DNA from: a marine group bacterium Sva0996 bin134
Lineage (GTDB): Bacteria; Actinomycetota; Acidimicrobiia; Acidimicrobiales; Bin134
DNA: 64,000 nt
Assembly: GCA_002239105.1 (NCBI GenBank)
Contig: MPNQ01000006.1
Location: 69,880-133,879 of the forward strand
Direction: 5' to 3'
This document shows positions 9,767-18,094 of this stretch, piece after piece. The translations under genes were made by a program, and so were the position numbers. A model generated the notes under the pieces. The model saw nothing but the letters and a program-made list of their open reading frames with translations, was not told the origin of the DNA and did not search any database. The number at the start of each line of letters is the position of its first letter. Within the stretch, counting starts at the first letter, position 1.

Positions 9767-10491
9767 ATGACCATCAACTGGCTGCACATCTGGCTACGGA
9801 GGCAGGCAAGCTGCTGGTTGAGCTGCGGGCCGAGCTGAGTGGACAAAGGCTGGCCCCGTTCGCTGTGGGGGCCAGAGGCGACGCCGCCGCCCACGACTTC
9901 ATCGCCGCCGCCCTACACCAACATCGACCCGACGACATGGTGCTCTCCGAGGAGTCGATGGATAACCGCCGTCGGCTCGAACACAACCGGGTGTGGATCG
10001 TGGACCCGCTGGACGGCACCCGGGAATTCTCCATCCCGGGCCGAACCGATTGGGCGGTTCACGTGGCCCTAGTCACCGACGGTCAACCCACCGCCGCGGC
10101 GGTGGCCCTGCCCGCCCAGAGCATCACCTTGGCCACTGAGCCAGCCAGGGCCACTCCAGAAGCCGCCTCCCCGCCCCGAGTCATCACCAGCAGGAGCCGG
10201 CCCGGTCGATTGTCCCGCCACATCGCCGAATCCATCGGAGCCAGCATCATCCAGATGGGCTCGGCCGGTGCCAAAGCCGCCGCGGTGGTATTGGGTGAAG
10301 CCGAGGTGTACGCCCATGCATCGGGGCTGCACGAATGGGACCTGTGCGCTCCCGCGGCGGTGGCCGCGGCCGCCGGGCTGCACGTTTCCCACCTCAACGG
10401 CGCCGAACTGCGGTTCAACCAGTCCGACACCTACATCTCCGACTTCGTGATCTGCCACCCCGATTTCGCCTCAGCCGTCATTACCCGGTGA
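9763..10491 (+). CDS. cysQ: 3'(2'),5'-bisphosphate nucleotidase (PAP phosphatase)
   Basis: The GTG start overlaps the upstream stop (GTGA 9763-9766). WIVDPLDGTREF, GSAGAKAAAV, EWDLCAPAAV. The layout resembles mycobacterial CysQ as I remember it. Confidence 0.8.
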   Translation: MNDHQLAAHLATEAGKLLVELRAELSGQRLAPFAVGARGDAAAHDFIAAALHQHRPDDMVLSEESMDNRRRLEHNRVWIVDPLDGTREFSIPGRTDWAVHVALVTDGQPTAAAVALPAQSITLATEPARATPEAASPPRVITSRSRPGRLSRHIAESIGASIIQMGSAGAKAAAVVLGEAEVYAHASGLHEWDLCAPAAVAAAAGLHVSHLNGAELRFNQSDTYISDFVICHPDFASAVITR

Positions 10492-10620
10492 CACTCCCCG
10501 CCATCTCCCCGTAGATTGTCCTTGGACAGTTGAGCTGGAACTTCCAAGAACGCTGCCATTTCAACGTCTTGCAAACGTGCGCTGTACTCATTTGCGCAGA
10601 ACCGTAGATTGGGAGCCGCT

Positions 10621-11280
10621 GTGAGATTGGTGATCGCCAGATGCTCGGTGGACTACGACGGCCGGTTGGCGGCACACCTGCCCGAGGCCGTCCGGCTCAT
10701 CATGATCAAAGCCGACGGCTGTGTGGCCATCCACGCCGACGGCGGCGCCTATAAGCCTCTGAACTGGATGAACGCCCCCAACCGGCTGTCAGAGGAAGAT
10801 GGCGTCTGGACGGTGGTCAACCCTGTGGGCGAGAAGCTGACCATCACCATCCACCAGCTCATTTCCGACACCGATCACGAGCTGGGCCACGACCCCGGCT
10901 TGGACAAAGACGGAGTGGAGGCCCATCTTCAGGAGCTGTTGGCCGCGTCGCCCGAGGTTCTGGGTGATGGGTTCCGGCTGGTGCGGCGGGAATACCCCAC
11001 CGACATCGGCCCGGTGGACTTGCTGTGTCGAGATGCCGATGGGGTCGCCATAGCGGTCGAGGTGAAGCGGCGGGGAGAAATCGCCGGTGTGGAACAGCTC
11101 ACCCGCTATCTCCAGTTCTTGAACCAAGATCCGGAGCTGGTGCCGGTGCGAGGCATGCTCGCCGCTCAGGTCGTCCGCCCCCAGGCCCGGGCATTGAGCG
11201 CCGACCGGGGCATCGAGTGCGTGGAGGTCGACTACGACATGCTCAGGGGCATCGAGCCCGACCAGGCCGCTCTGTTCTGA
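10621..11280 (+). CDS. nucS: endonuclease NucS (EndoMS)
   Basis: ORF 10609.. trimmed to GTG 10621, preceded by GGGAG (10611-10615). Begins [23 protein letters not shown]. The C-terminal RecB-like core is [24 protein letters not shown]. Confidence 0.9.
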   Translation: MRLVIARCSVDYDGRLAAHLPEAVRLIMIKADGCVAIHADGGAYKPLNWMNAPNRLSEEDGVWTVVNPVGEKLTITIHQLISDTDHELGHDPGLDKDGVEAHLQELLAASPEVLGDGFRLVRREYPTDIGPVDLLCRDADGVAIAVEVKRRGEIAGVEQLTRYLQFLNQDPELVPVRGMLAAQVVRPQARALSADRGIECVEVDYDMLRGIEPDQAALF

Positions 11281-11350
11281 GCCCCACTGTGAGCGCACCC
11301 CGGCCTGAACCCGATCGACAACTCGATCCCGCTACCATCCGATAACCGGC

Positions 11351-13330
11351 ATGGATCCACAACCTCCACTCCGCCTGCGCCGTCCTCCCCGTCCTCTCTG
11401 GGTCTGGGCGCTCATGATCACACCGGTCGTGCTTCTGTCCATCTGGCTGGTGTATTGGCTCGTGGATTCCTCCAGCAACGATGACAAGACCCCCAGAGGG
11501 CTGAAGATCGAAAGCCCCGCCATCCCCGATATCAGCATCGACATCGGCGGTTTGGACGAGGACGATGTGACCGAGGTCGTCGTCGAGCTGGCCGAGCGCT
11601 TCGCCCAGACCCCGGTGGAGATCACCACTCCCAGCCAGGTCGCCTCCACCACCGCGGCGGAGATAGGGCTGGCAGTGGACGTGGAGTCCACTGTTGCAGA
11701 GATCATGGAGATAGACAGCAGCACAAGCAACCCAATCGGATGGACGGCCTCGTTCTTTGAGAGCTCGCAGTCCGATCTGCTGCTTACCTTGTCGGCCTCC
11801 GCCAACCAGATCGCCGACCTAGAAGCAGAACTGCGACAATCGCCTGTCAATCCCACCATCGTCTTCGACAATGGAACCTTCCAAGTGGCCGCGGGGGTTC
11901 CCGGCGAGATTGTGGATCTGGAACCAGCGCTCCTTCGATTGTTGGAAGCGGCAAGGCGGGGAGAAAGCCCGCTGAGCACCGAAGCAGATGTTCGCCTCAT
12001 CCCGCCCGAGATCTCAGAAACTGTCATGGCCACTACCGCCGACTGGATCAACCAGCGCACATCTCAAGGCCTGCTGGTAACGGTTGAAGAAGTCACCAAG
12101 CGGGTGCAGCCGGCCCAACTCCGATCGTGGCTGATACTCGAGAACAACGATGACGAGTGGACCTACGACATCGAACCGCAGCGAATGGAAGATGACCTGG
12201 CCGAGCTATTTGTCGAAGTGGCCACCGTGGCCTCCGAGCCAGTGCTCACGGTGATCGACGATGTGCCCGTGCTGGTGAACGAGGTACCCGCCCTCATTTG
12301 CTGCGAGGAATCCGCCTACCGCCAGGTGGTGTTGGCCCTGGATACCGAGCTGCCCGCAGTGGAATTGGAGTTACGGGAGTCGAGCAAGATCAACGACCAG
12401 AGCTGGCTGGTCGAACGGGGCATCGTAGAGCTGACCGGCCGGTTCACCACCTACTACACGCCGGGCCAAGACCGGGTCTCAAACATCCATCGCATCGCCG
12501 AGCTGATTCAGGGGGCGGTGGTCTACCCGGGCGAGACATTCTCGGTCAACGGCTACGTGGGCGAGCGCACCGAGGAGTTGGGGTTCGTGGACGCTGGCGT
12601 GATCTACGACGGCGTGTACACCTCAGATGTCGGCGGAGGCATCTCCCAGTTCATCACCACGCTGTTCACTGCGGCATTCAACGCGGGAATGGAGTTCCCC
12701 GAGTACCAAGCCCACAGCATCGATATCTCCCGCTACCGAGAGGGAGTAGACGCCACCATCTCCTGGCCGAAGCCCGACTTCAAGTTCCGCAACCCCAATC
12801 CGTATGCGGTGCTGTTGTGGCCCACGGTGACCGACGGCAGCGTCACCGTCAGCTTCTACTCCACTGCCTATGCCGAGGTGGAGTGGACCGACCGCTATGA
12901 CACTCCGAGGAAGTTCTGCACCAAGCGGACCACCGAGCGCACTCGGACCTACGCCGACGGCACCGTGCTGCGAGACTCGGTGATCGCTCTCTACCAACCC
13001 CGTGAGGGCATCAACTGCGACGGGGTGTGCACCTCCTCAGTGTTGCCGCTAGACGCCGACGGCGACGGAGAGGCGGAGTTCGACGACGAGGGACTGCACC
13101 AGGAGTGCGTCAGCCCCGAAGACTGCATCGGAACTCACGGTCCGGTGGATGTCGACGAAGACAACAGACCCGATCTCTGCTCCATCCCGCCGCCCGGGGA
13201 AGAGGGGGAGCCCGAAGAGGGCGAACCGCAAGAGCCCCTGCCGGAGGAAACCCCGACCCAAGAACCTGAGGCGCCACCGGGGCAGGCCCAGGCGTTGGAC
13301 CCGGAGCAGTCGGGTGAGCAGAGCGCATGA
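11351..13330 (+). CDS. VanW domain-containing membrane-anchored protein
   Basis: N-terminal TM helix (LWVWALMITPVVLLSIWLVYWLV). VanW core (FSVNGYVGERTEELGFVDAGVIYDG...GGGISQFITTLFTAAFNAGM). Acidic/Pro-rich tail (GEEGEPEEGEPQEPLPEE). Confidence 0.8.
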   Translation: MDPQPPLRLRRPPRPLWVWALMITPVVLLSIWLVYWLVDSSSNDDKTPRGLKIESPAIPDISIDIGGLDEDDVTEVVVELAERFAQTPVEITTPSQVASTTAAEIGLAVDVESTVAEIMEIDSSTSNPIGWTASFFESSQSDLLLTLSASANQIADLEAELRQSPVNPTIVFDNGTFQVAAGVPGEIVDLEPALLRLLEAARRGESPLSTEADVRLIPPEISETVMATTADWINQRTSQGLLVTVEEVTKRVQPAQLRSWLILENNDDEWTYDIEPQRMEDDLAELFVEVATVASEPVLTVIDDVPVLVNEVPALICCEESAYRQVVLALDTELPAVELELRESSKINDQSWLVERGIVELTGRFTTYYTPGQDRVSNIHRIAELIQGAVVYPGETFSVNGYVGERTEELGFVDAGVIYDGVYTSDVGGGISQFITTLFTAAFNAGMEFPEYQAHSIDISRYREGVDATISWPKPDFKFRNPNPYAVLLWPTVTDGSVTVSFYSTAYAEVEWTDRYDTPRKFCTKRTTERTRTYADGTVLRDSVIALYQPREGINCDGVCTSSVLPLDADGDGEAEFDDEGLHQECVSPEDCIGTHGPVDVDEDNRPDLCSIPPPGEEGEPEEGEPQEPLPEETPTQEPEAPPGQAQALDPEQSGEQSA

Positions 13331-13343
13331 ACAATTCAATTCA

Positions 13344-14561
13344 ATGACCGTTGAATGGGACACCGCCATCGTGGGAGCCGGCCCAGCCGGCTGTGCGGCG
13401 GCCATAACCCTGGCCCGGGGCGGACAGCGGGTGGTAGTGGTTGATCGGGCTCGCTTTCCCCGTCCCAAGGCGTGCGGTGACGGCCTCACCGCTGGGGCGC
13501 TGCGGCTCTTGGAGGGCTTGGGGCTGGATCCGACGCCCATCTCGACGTGGATGCCGGTGGAAGACGTTTGCATCAGGTCGCCGTCGGGCCGCACCGTCGA
13601 GTTCCCCCTGCCCCGGGGAGGGGGCCAGTTCGCGGCGGTGGTTCCCCGGGCGGAGCTGGACAACGCGCTGGTGGAGCAGGCCAAGGCCGAGGGAGCGATG
13701 CTGGTCGAGGGTGCCGCATGCCAGGGAATTGTCGAAGACAACGGCCATGTGGCGCTAGAGGTGAGCGATCACGGCACGGTGAAGGCGCAGTTTGCCATCG
13801 CCGCTGACGGGATGTGGTCGCCAACCCGCAAATTCCTGGGATTGGCTCCCGACGGATACCGGGGGGACTGGCACGCGTTCCGCCAGTACTGGTCGGGGGT
13901 GGCCCCCGCAGCTAGCCAGGCCCTGTGGGTTTGGTTCGAAGAGGAGATCCTGCCCGGATACGTCTGGTCGTTCCCGCTGCCCGACGGCCGGGCCAATGTG
14001 GGCTTCGGCGTGCGCCGCGGCGGCCCGGTGGCGGTGGGCGACATGGGCAAGCTCTGGCGAGAACTACAGAAGCGGGACCACATCCGGGCTGTGCTGGGCG
14101 AAGACGCCGCCCCCGAGACGGCCCACCGGGCCTGGCCCATTCCCGCCCGCATCGACAAGGTCCCGCTTACCTCTCGTCGAACCATGTTCGTGGGCGATGC
14201 CGCCGCCGCCACCGACCCCATGAGCGGCGAGGGAATCGCCCAGGCCCTTCTCACCGGCATGGGCGCGGCCAACGCGGTGCTGGCCGGCGGATCAGATGCC
14301 GAACAGGTGATGGCCGACTACCGCCACTTCGTGCGCCGGGAACTGTTTGCCGACCATCGCATGGCCCGCCGTCTCGGGCGGGTATTGGCCACCCGCCCCG
14401 GAGCGAGGGGCGCGGTCCGCATCGCCGGCCTCACCCCCTGGACCCGGCGAAACTTCGCCCGTTGGCTCTTCGAGGACTACCCGAGGTCAATCATCGCCAC
14501 CCCTCGCCGCTGGCTCCGCAAACCCCTCACCACGCCCGGCGCTTACCGTTCACAACACTGA
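13344..14561 (+). CDS. geranylgeranyl-reductase-family FAD-dependent oxidoreductase
   Basis: ORF 13149.. trimmed to ATG 13344; the upstream part overlaps the VanW tail in another frame. DTAIVGAGPAGCAAA (GxGxxG), PKACGDGLT, FVGDAAAATDPMSGEGI. Confidence 0.8.
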   Translation: MTVEWDTAIVGAGPAGCAAAITLARGGQRVVVVDRARFPRPKACGDGLTAGALRLLEGLGLDPTPISTWMPVEDVCIRSPSGRTVEFPLPRGGGQFAAVVPRAELDNALVEQAKAEGAMLVEGAACQGIVEDNGHVALEVSDHGTVKAQFAIAADGMWSPTRKFLGLAPDGYRGDWHAFRQYWSGVAPAASQALWVWFEEEILPGYVWSFPLPDGRANVGFGVRRGGPVAVGDMGKLWRELQKRDHIRAVLGEDAAPETAHRAWPIPARIDKVPLTSRRTMFVGDAAAATDPMSGEGIAQALLTGMGAANAVLAGGSDAEQVMADYRHFVRRELFADHRMARRLGRVLATRPGARGAVRIAGLTPWTRRNFARWLFEDYPRSIIATPRRWLRKPLTTPGAYRSQH

Positions 14562-14580
14562 TCGTCGTAATCTTCCGTTC

Positions 14581-15486
14581 ATGACATTGAGCTTTGACAA
14601 CCGAGTTGCGATCGTCACCGGGGCTGGGGGCGGGCTGGGCCGGTTGTACGCGCTGGAGTTGGCTCGGCGGGGCGCACGGCTCGTGGTGAACGACTTGGGA
14701 GGATCGGCCGACGGCACCGGCTCTAGTGAGGGCCCAGCCCAGTTGGTGGCCAATGAGATCAACGGCGGGGGCGGCGAAGCGGTGGCCGACACCCACTCGG
14801 TGGCGACCACCGAGGGCGGGGCGGCCATTACCGCTACCGCCATGGAGGCCTTCGGGCGGGTGGATGTCGTCATCAACAATGCCGGCATCCTGCGGGACAA
14901 GACCTTCCACAAATTGGAGGACCAGCAGCTCCATCCGGTGCTCGCCGTCCATTTGCGGGGAGCGTTCAACGTGACCCGACCGGCCTTCACGCAGATGCGG
15001 GAGCAGGGCTACGGCCGCATCGTGTGCGCCACGTCGAACGCTGGGGTGCTGGGCAACTTCGGCCAGTCCAACTACAGCGCGGCCAAGATGGGGCTGGTGG
15101 GGCTCACCAACACGCTGGCCCTGGAGGGCGCCAAGTACAACATCAAGGCCAACTGCATTGCGCCGGTGGCCACTACCCGCATGACCGAGGCCATCTTCGG
15201 CGAAGAGATCAAAGGGGCCATGAATCCGGCATTGGTCACCCCCGTGGTGTGTTTTCTGGCCCACGAGGACTGCCCTGTCTCCGGCGAGGTGTACTCCGCG
15301 GCCGGAGGCACAGTGGCCCGATTCTTTGTGGGGCGGACCCCCGGCTACTACAACCCCAACCTCACGGTGGAAGACGTGGCCGAGAACTTCGACGAGATCC
15401 GAGACGAGACCGGCTACAAAGTGCTGGGCGACGCCAACCATGAGGTGGGCGTGGCCTATAAGACGATTCAAGCTGCCAGCGAATGA
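14581..15486 (+). CDS. MFE-2-type (R)-3-hydroxyacyl-CoA dehydrogenase (SDR; Hsd4A/HSD17B4-dehydrogenase-like)
   Basis: ORF 14347.. trimmed to ATG 14581. MTLSFDNRVAIVTGAGGGLGRLYALELARRGARLVVNDLGG...NNAGILRD...NYSAAKMGL. It is nearly collinear with the dehydrogenase domain of eukaryotic MFE-2 as I remember it. Confidence 0.85.
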   Translation: MTLSFDNRVAIVTGAGGGLGRLYALELARRGARLVVNDLGGSADGTGSSEGPAQLVANEINGGGGEAVADTHSVATTEGGAAITATAMEAFGRVDVVINNAGILRDKTFHKLEDQQLHPVLAVHLRGAFNVTRPAFTQMREQGYGRIVCATSNAGVLGNFGQSNYSAAKMGLVGLTNTLALEGAKYNIKANCIAPVATTRMTEAIFGEEIKGAMNPALVTPVVCFLAHEDCPVSGEVYSAAGGTVARFFVGRTPGYYNPNLTVEDVAENFDEIRDETGYKVLGDANHEVGVAYKTIQAASE

Positions 15487-16007
15487 CCCCCGAAGAGGCC
15501 ATCGAAGCCTTCGATGAGGCCGTTGAACAGGTTTTCGACCGGCTGCGAGGAAATCCCGTGGCCGACCGGGTGTTCTACACCGCCTCTGAGCTGGGGAACT
15601 TCAGCATCTTGTGGCATGCCTTGGCCTGGGCAGGGGCCACCTCCAAACGGGGCCGTCGCAATGCTCTGAGGGTGTCGGTTACCCTGGCGGCGGAGTCGGC
15701 GCTGGTCAACGGACCGATCAAATCGGCCTTCAACCGCTCGCGCCCCCTGGCAGAGCACGAACACCCCCATCGACTGCGCCAGCCCCTCACCAGCAGCTTT
15801 CCCAGCGGTCACGCCAGCGCGGCCGTGGTGGCCGCCGTGCTCTTGTCCGAGCCCCGACGCCGCCGCTGGCCATTGTGGGCTGCCGCCTCGGTGGTGGCGG
15901 CCAGCAGAGTCCACGTCCGCATCCACCACGCCTCCGATGTGGTGGTCGGCGCCGTGGTGGGCGCAGTGATCGCCCGGCTGTTCAAGAAGATCTGGCCGCT
16001 GCGCTGA
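15483..16007 (+). CDS. PAP2 family phosphatase
   Basis: ATGA overlap with the upstream stop. PAP2 motifs KSAFNRSRP, SFPSGHAS, SRVHVRIHHASD. Confidence 0.8.
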   Translation: MTPEEAIEAFDEAVEQVFDRLRGNPVADRVFYTASELGNFSILWHALAWAGATSKRGRRNALRVSVTLAAESALVNGPIKSAFNRSRPLAEHEHPHRLRQPLTSSFPSGHASAAVVAAVLLSEPRRRRWPLWAAASVVAASRVHVRIHHASDVVVGAVVGAVIARLFKKIWPLR

Positions 16008-16010
16008 GCC

Positions 16011-17090
16011 ATGGCCGATCGAGCCACCGTCAGCGTCTATGAGGATCGGGCTGCTGAATGGCGAGCCGAACGAGAGCCCAAATCCACCTCGGCCGCGGAG
16101 GCGTTTGCCGCCCTCGACCGGCCCGAAGGGATCACCGCCGATCTGGGCTGCGGTCCCGGCTGGCACACCGCGGCGCTGCCCAGCCCTGCACTGGCCGTTG
16201 ATGCCGCCCGATCAATGCTGGAAATGGTGGCCGAACACGCCCCAAACGCCCTGCGATGCCGGGCTGACTTGGCGGCCTTGCCCCTGGCCACAGGGTCGCT
16301 GGCCGGAGCGTGGGCGTCGCGAAGCTATGTCCACCTAGATCGCCGCCATGTTCCCCTGGCGCTGGCCGACCTGCATCGGGCGCTGGCCCCCGGCTCCCCA
16401 GTAGAGCTCCATATTTTCGAGGGAGATGCCGATTTCGAGCCGTTTTCCGACGATGACTTCCCCGGGCGCCGCTTCTCCCAGTGGCCCCAAGACTGGATAG
16501 CGCCCCTTGTGGAAGGTGCCGGGTTCGCCCTGGACAGCATGGAGCGGATGGGTCGGCCCCCCAAAGCCGCCACGCTCATCGTCAAAGGACGCAGAGCCCG
16601 AACCCTGCCCGACACCGTGGGACCGGAGATGCGCCTGCTGATCTGCGGCTTGAACCCCAGCGTGTACGCCGCCGACGCCGGCGCGGGGTTCGCACGGCCC
16701 GGAAACCGGTTCTGGCCCGCGGCGCTGGCCGCCGGCCTGGTGAGCGCCGACCGCGATCCCCGGCGGGCGCTTATCGACCACGGCGTGGGAATGACCGACC
16801 TGGTCAAGCGGGCCACCCCCCGGGCCGACGCACTCACCGCCGACGAATACCGCCGGGGCCTCGACCGGCTGGTGTGGCTGGTGAGGTGGCTCAAGCCCGC
16901 CGCAGTGTGCTTTGTGGGCCTAGCCGGCTGGCGAGCCGCCGTGGACCGAAAGGCCCAGGCCGGACCGCAATCCCAAGATCTGGCCGGTCGTCCGGTGTAC
17001 GTCATGCCCTCCACCAGCGGGGCCGCCGCCGGCTATCAGCTCGCCGACTACGTCAGTCACTTCCAAAAGGCTGCGGCGCTAGAGACCTGA
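16011..17090 (+). CDS. fusion protein: class I SAM-dependent methyltransferase domain + Mug/TDG-family (family 2 UDG) mismatch DNA glycosylase domain
   Basis: One uninterrupted 359-aa ORF. The N-terminal half has DLGCGPGWH (motif I) and LHRALAPGSPVELH. The C-terminal half has LPDTVGPEMRLLICGLNPSVYAADAGAGFARPGNRFW and VYVMPSTSGAAA, which parallel E. coli Mug GINPG...NRFW and LPNPSG. Confidence 0.75.
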   Translation: MADRATVSVYEDRAAEWRAEREPKSTSAAEAFAALDRPEGITADLGCGPGWHTAALPSPALAVDAARSMLEMVAEHAPNALRCRADLAALPLATGSLAGAWASRSYVHLDRRHVPLALADLHRALAPGSPVELHIFEGDADFEPFSDDDFPGRRFSQWPQDWIAPLVEGAGFALDSMERMGRPPKAATLIVKGRRARTLPDTVGPEMRLLICGLNPSVYAADAGAGFARPGNRFWPAALAAGLVSADRDPRRALIDHGVGMTDLVKRATPRADALTADEYRRGLDRLVWLVRWLKPAAVCFVGLAGWRAAVDRKAQAGPQSQDLAGRPVYVMPSTSGAAAGYQLADYVSHFQKAAALET

Positions 17091-18033
17091 CCGCCTCCCA
17101 GGGATCGATGCCCCCTAAAGGCATCACCATGAGCGTTGAGGTGGTAACACCGTTGTCGAAATAGCGATCGATGTGCTTGCGGCACTCCTCGGGGGTGCCG
17201 TGCACAAGCAGGTCGTCGACCACCTGCTCGGGAATGACCTCCAGCGACCCGGCCCTATCTCCGGCCGCCCATCGCTCCCAGTGCTCGGCCAGCAGCTCTC
17301 CCCGGCCCAGCCACTCGTGAAAGGCCCGGTACACCGGCACGTTCAGGTAGCCGGCCACGGCCCGCCGTCCCTGGGCCATCACCGTCTCCCGGTCGGGGTT
17401 GGGGCATACAAATATGCGGGCCACAACTTCTTTGTTGGGCCCTTGGGCATGGACGATCTCGCTCACCCGCGCGGTGTCTTCGGCCGACAGCCAGTTGATG
17501 ATGGCCCCGTCGGCCTCCTTTCCCGCCAGAGTCAGCATCTGGGATCGCAGCGCAGCCACCAGGATGGAGGGCGGCTCGGGGGGGACCATTCCCAATCGGA
17601 ACCCCTGCACGGAGAAGGTCTCGTAGTCGCCACTCACCTTCTCTCCGGCCAATGCCGGCTTGAGGAATCGCACCAGATCGCGCACCCGCCGGTAGGGCTC
17701 CTCGAACGGGATCGAGTTCCACCGCTCCACGATCACGTCCGAGGAGCTGCCCACCCCGAGGAGGAACCGGCCCGGAGCCAGCGAGGCCAAAGTGGCCGCC
17801 GATTGGGCCAACAGCGCCGGTCCCCGGGTGTAGGCCGGAACGATGGCGGTGCCCAGTCGCAGCGACGGCGCCCACTGAGAGGCCAGCACCAAAGGGGTGA
17901 AGGCATCGTGGGAGTTGGACTCCGACGACCACACATCGGTGTATCCCAGCTCAACCAGCTCAGCCATCTGTTCGGCCTGCTGATCCAGCGGACCGAACAG
18001 GGGAACCGTCATCCCGTCTCGTCGTGAAACCAT
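17053..18033 (-). CDS. luciferase-like monooxygenase (LLM) class oxidoreductase, probably F420-dependent
   Basis: 326-aa ORF with an LLM-type TIM-barrel pattern (LGTAIVPAYTRGPALLAQSAATLASLAPGRFLLGVGSS). Convergent 38-nt overlap with the previous gene. Confidence 0.75.
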   Translation of the reverse strand: MVSRRDGMTVPLFGPLDQQAEQMAELVELGYTDVWSSESNSHDAFTPLVLASQWAPSLRLGTAIVPAYTRGPALLAQSAATLASLAPGRFLLGVGSSSDVIVERWNSIPFEEPYRRVRDLVRFLKPALAGEKVSGDYETFSVQGFRLGMVPPEPPSILVAALRSQMLTLAGKEADGAIINWLSAEDTARVSEIVHAQGPNKEVVARIFVCPNPDRETVMAQGRRAVAGYLNVPVYRAFHEWLGRGELLAEHWERWAAGDRAGSLEVIPEQVVDDLLVHGTPEECRKHIDRYFDNGVTTSTLMVMPLGGIDPWEAVRSLAPQPFGSD

Positions 18034-18094
18034 CCCGCCACTCTAGGGGTCTGTTGCTGGCATAGACGTGCGGTGATGGTTCGGGAAAGGCTGC

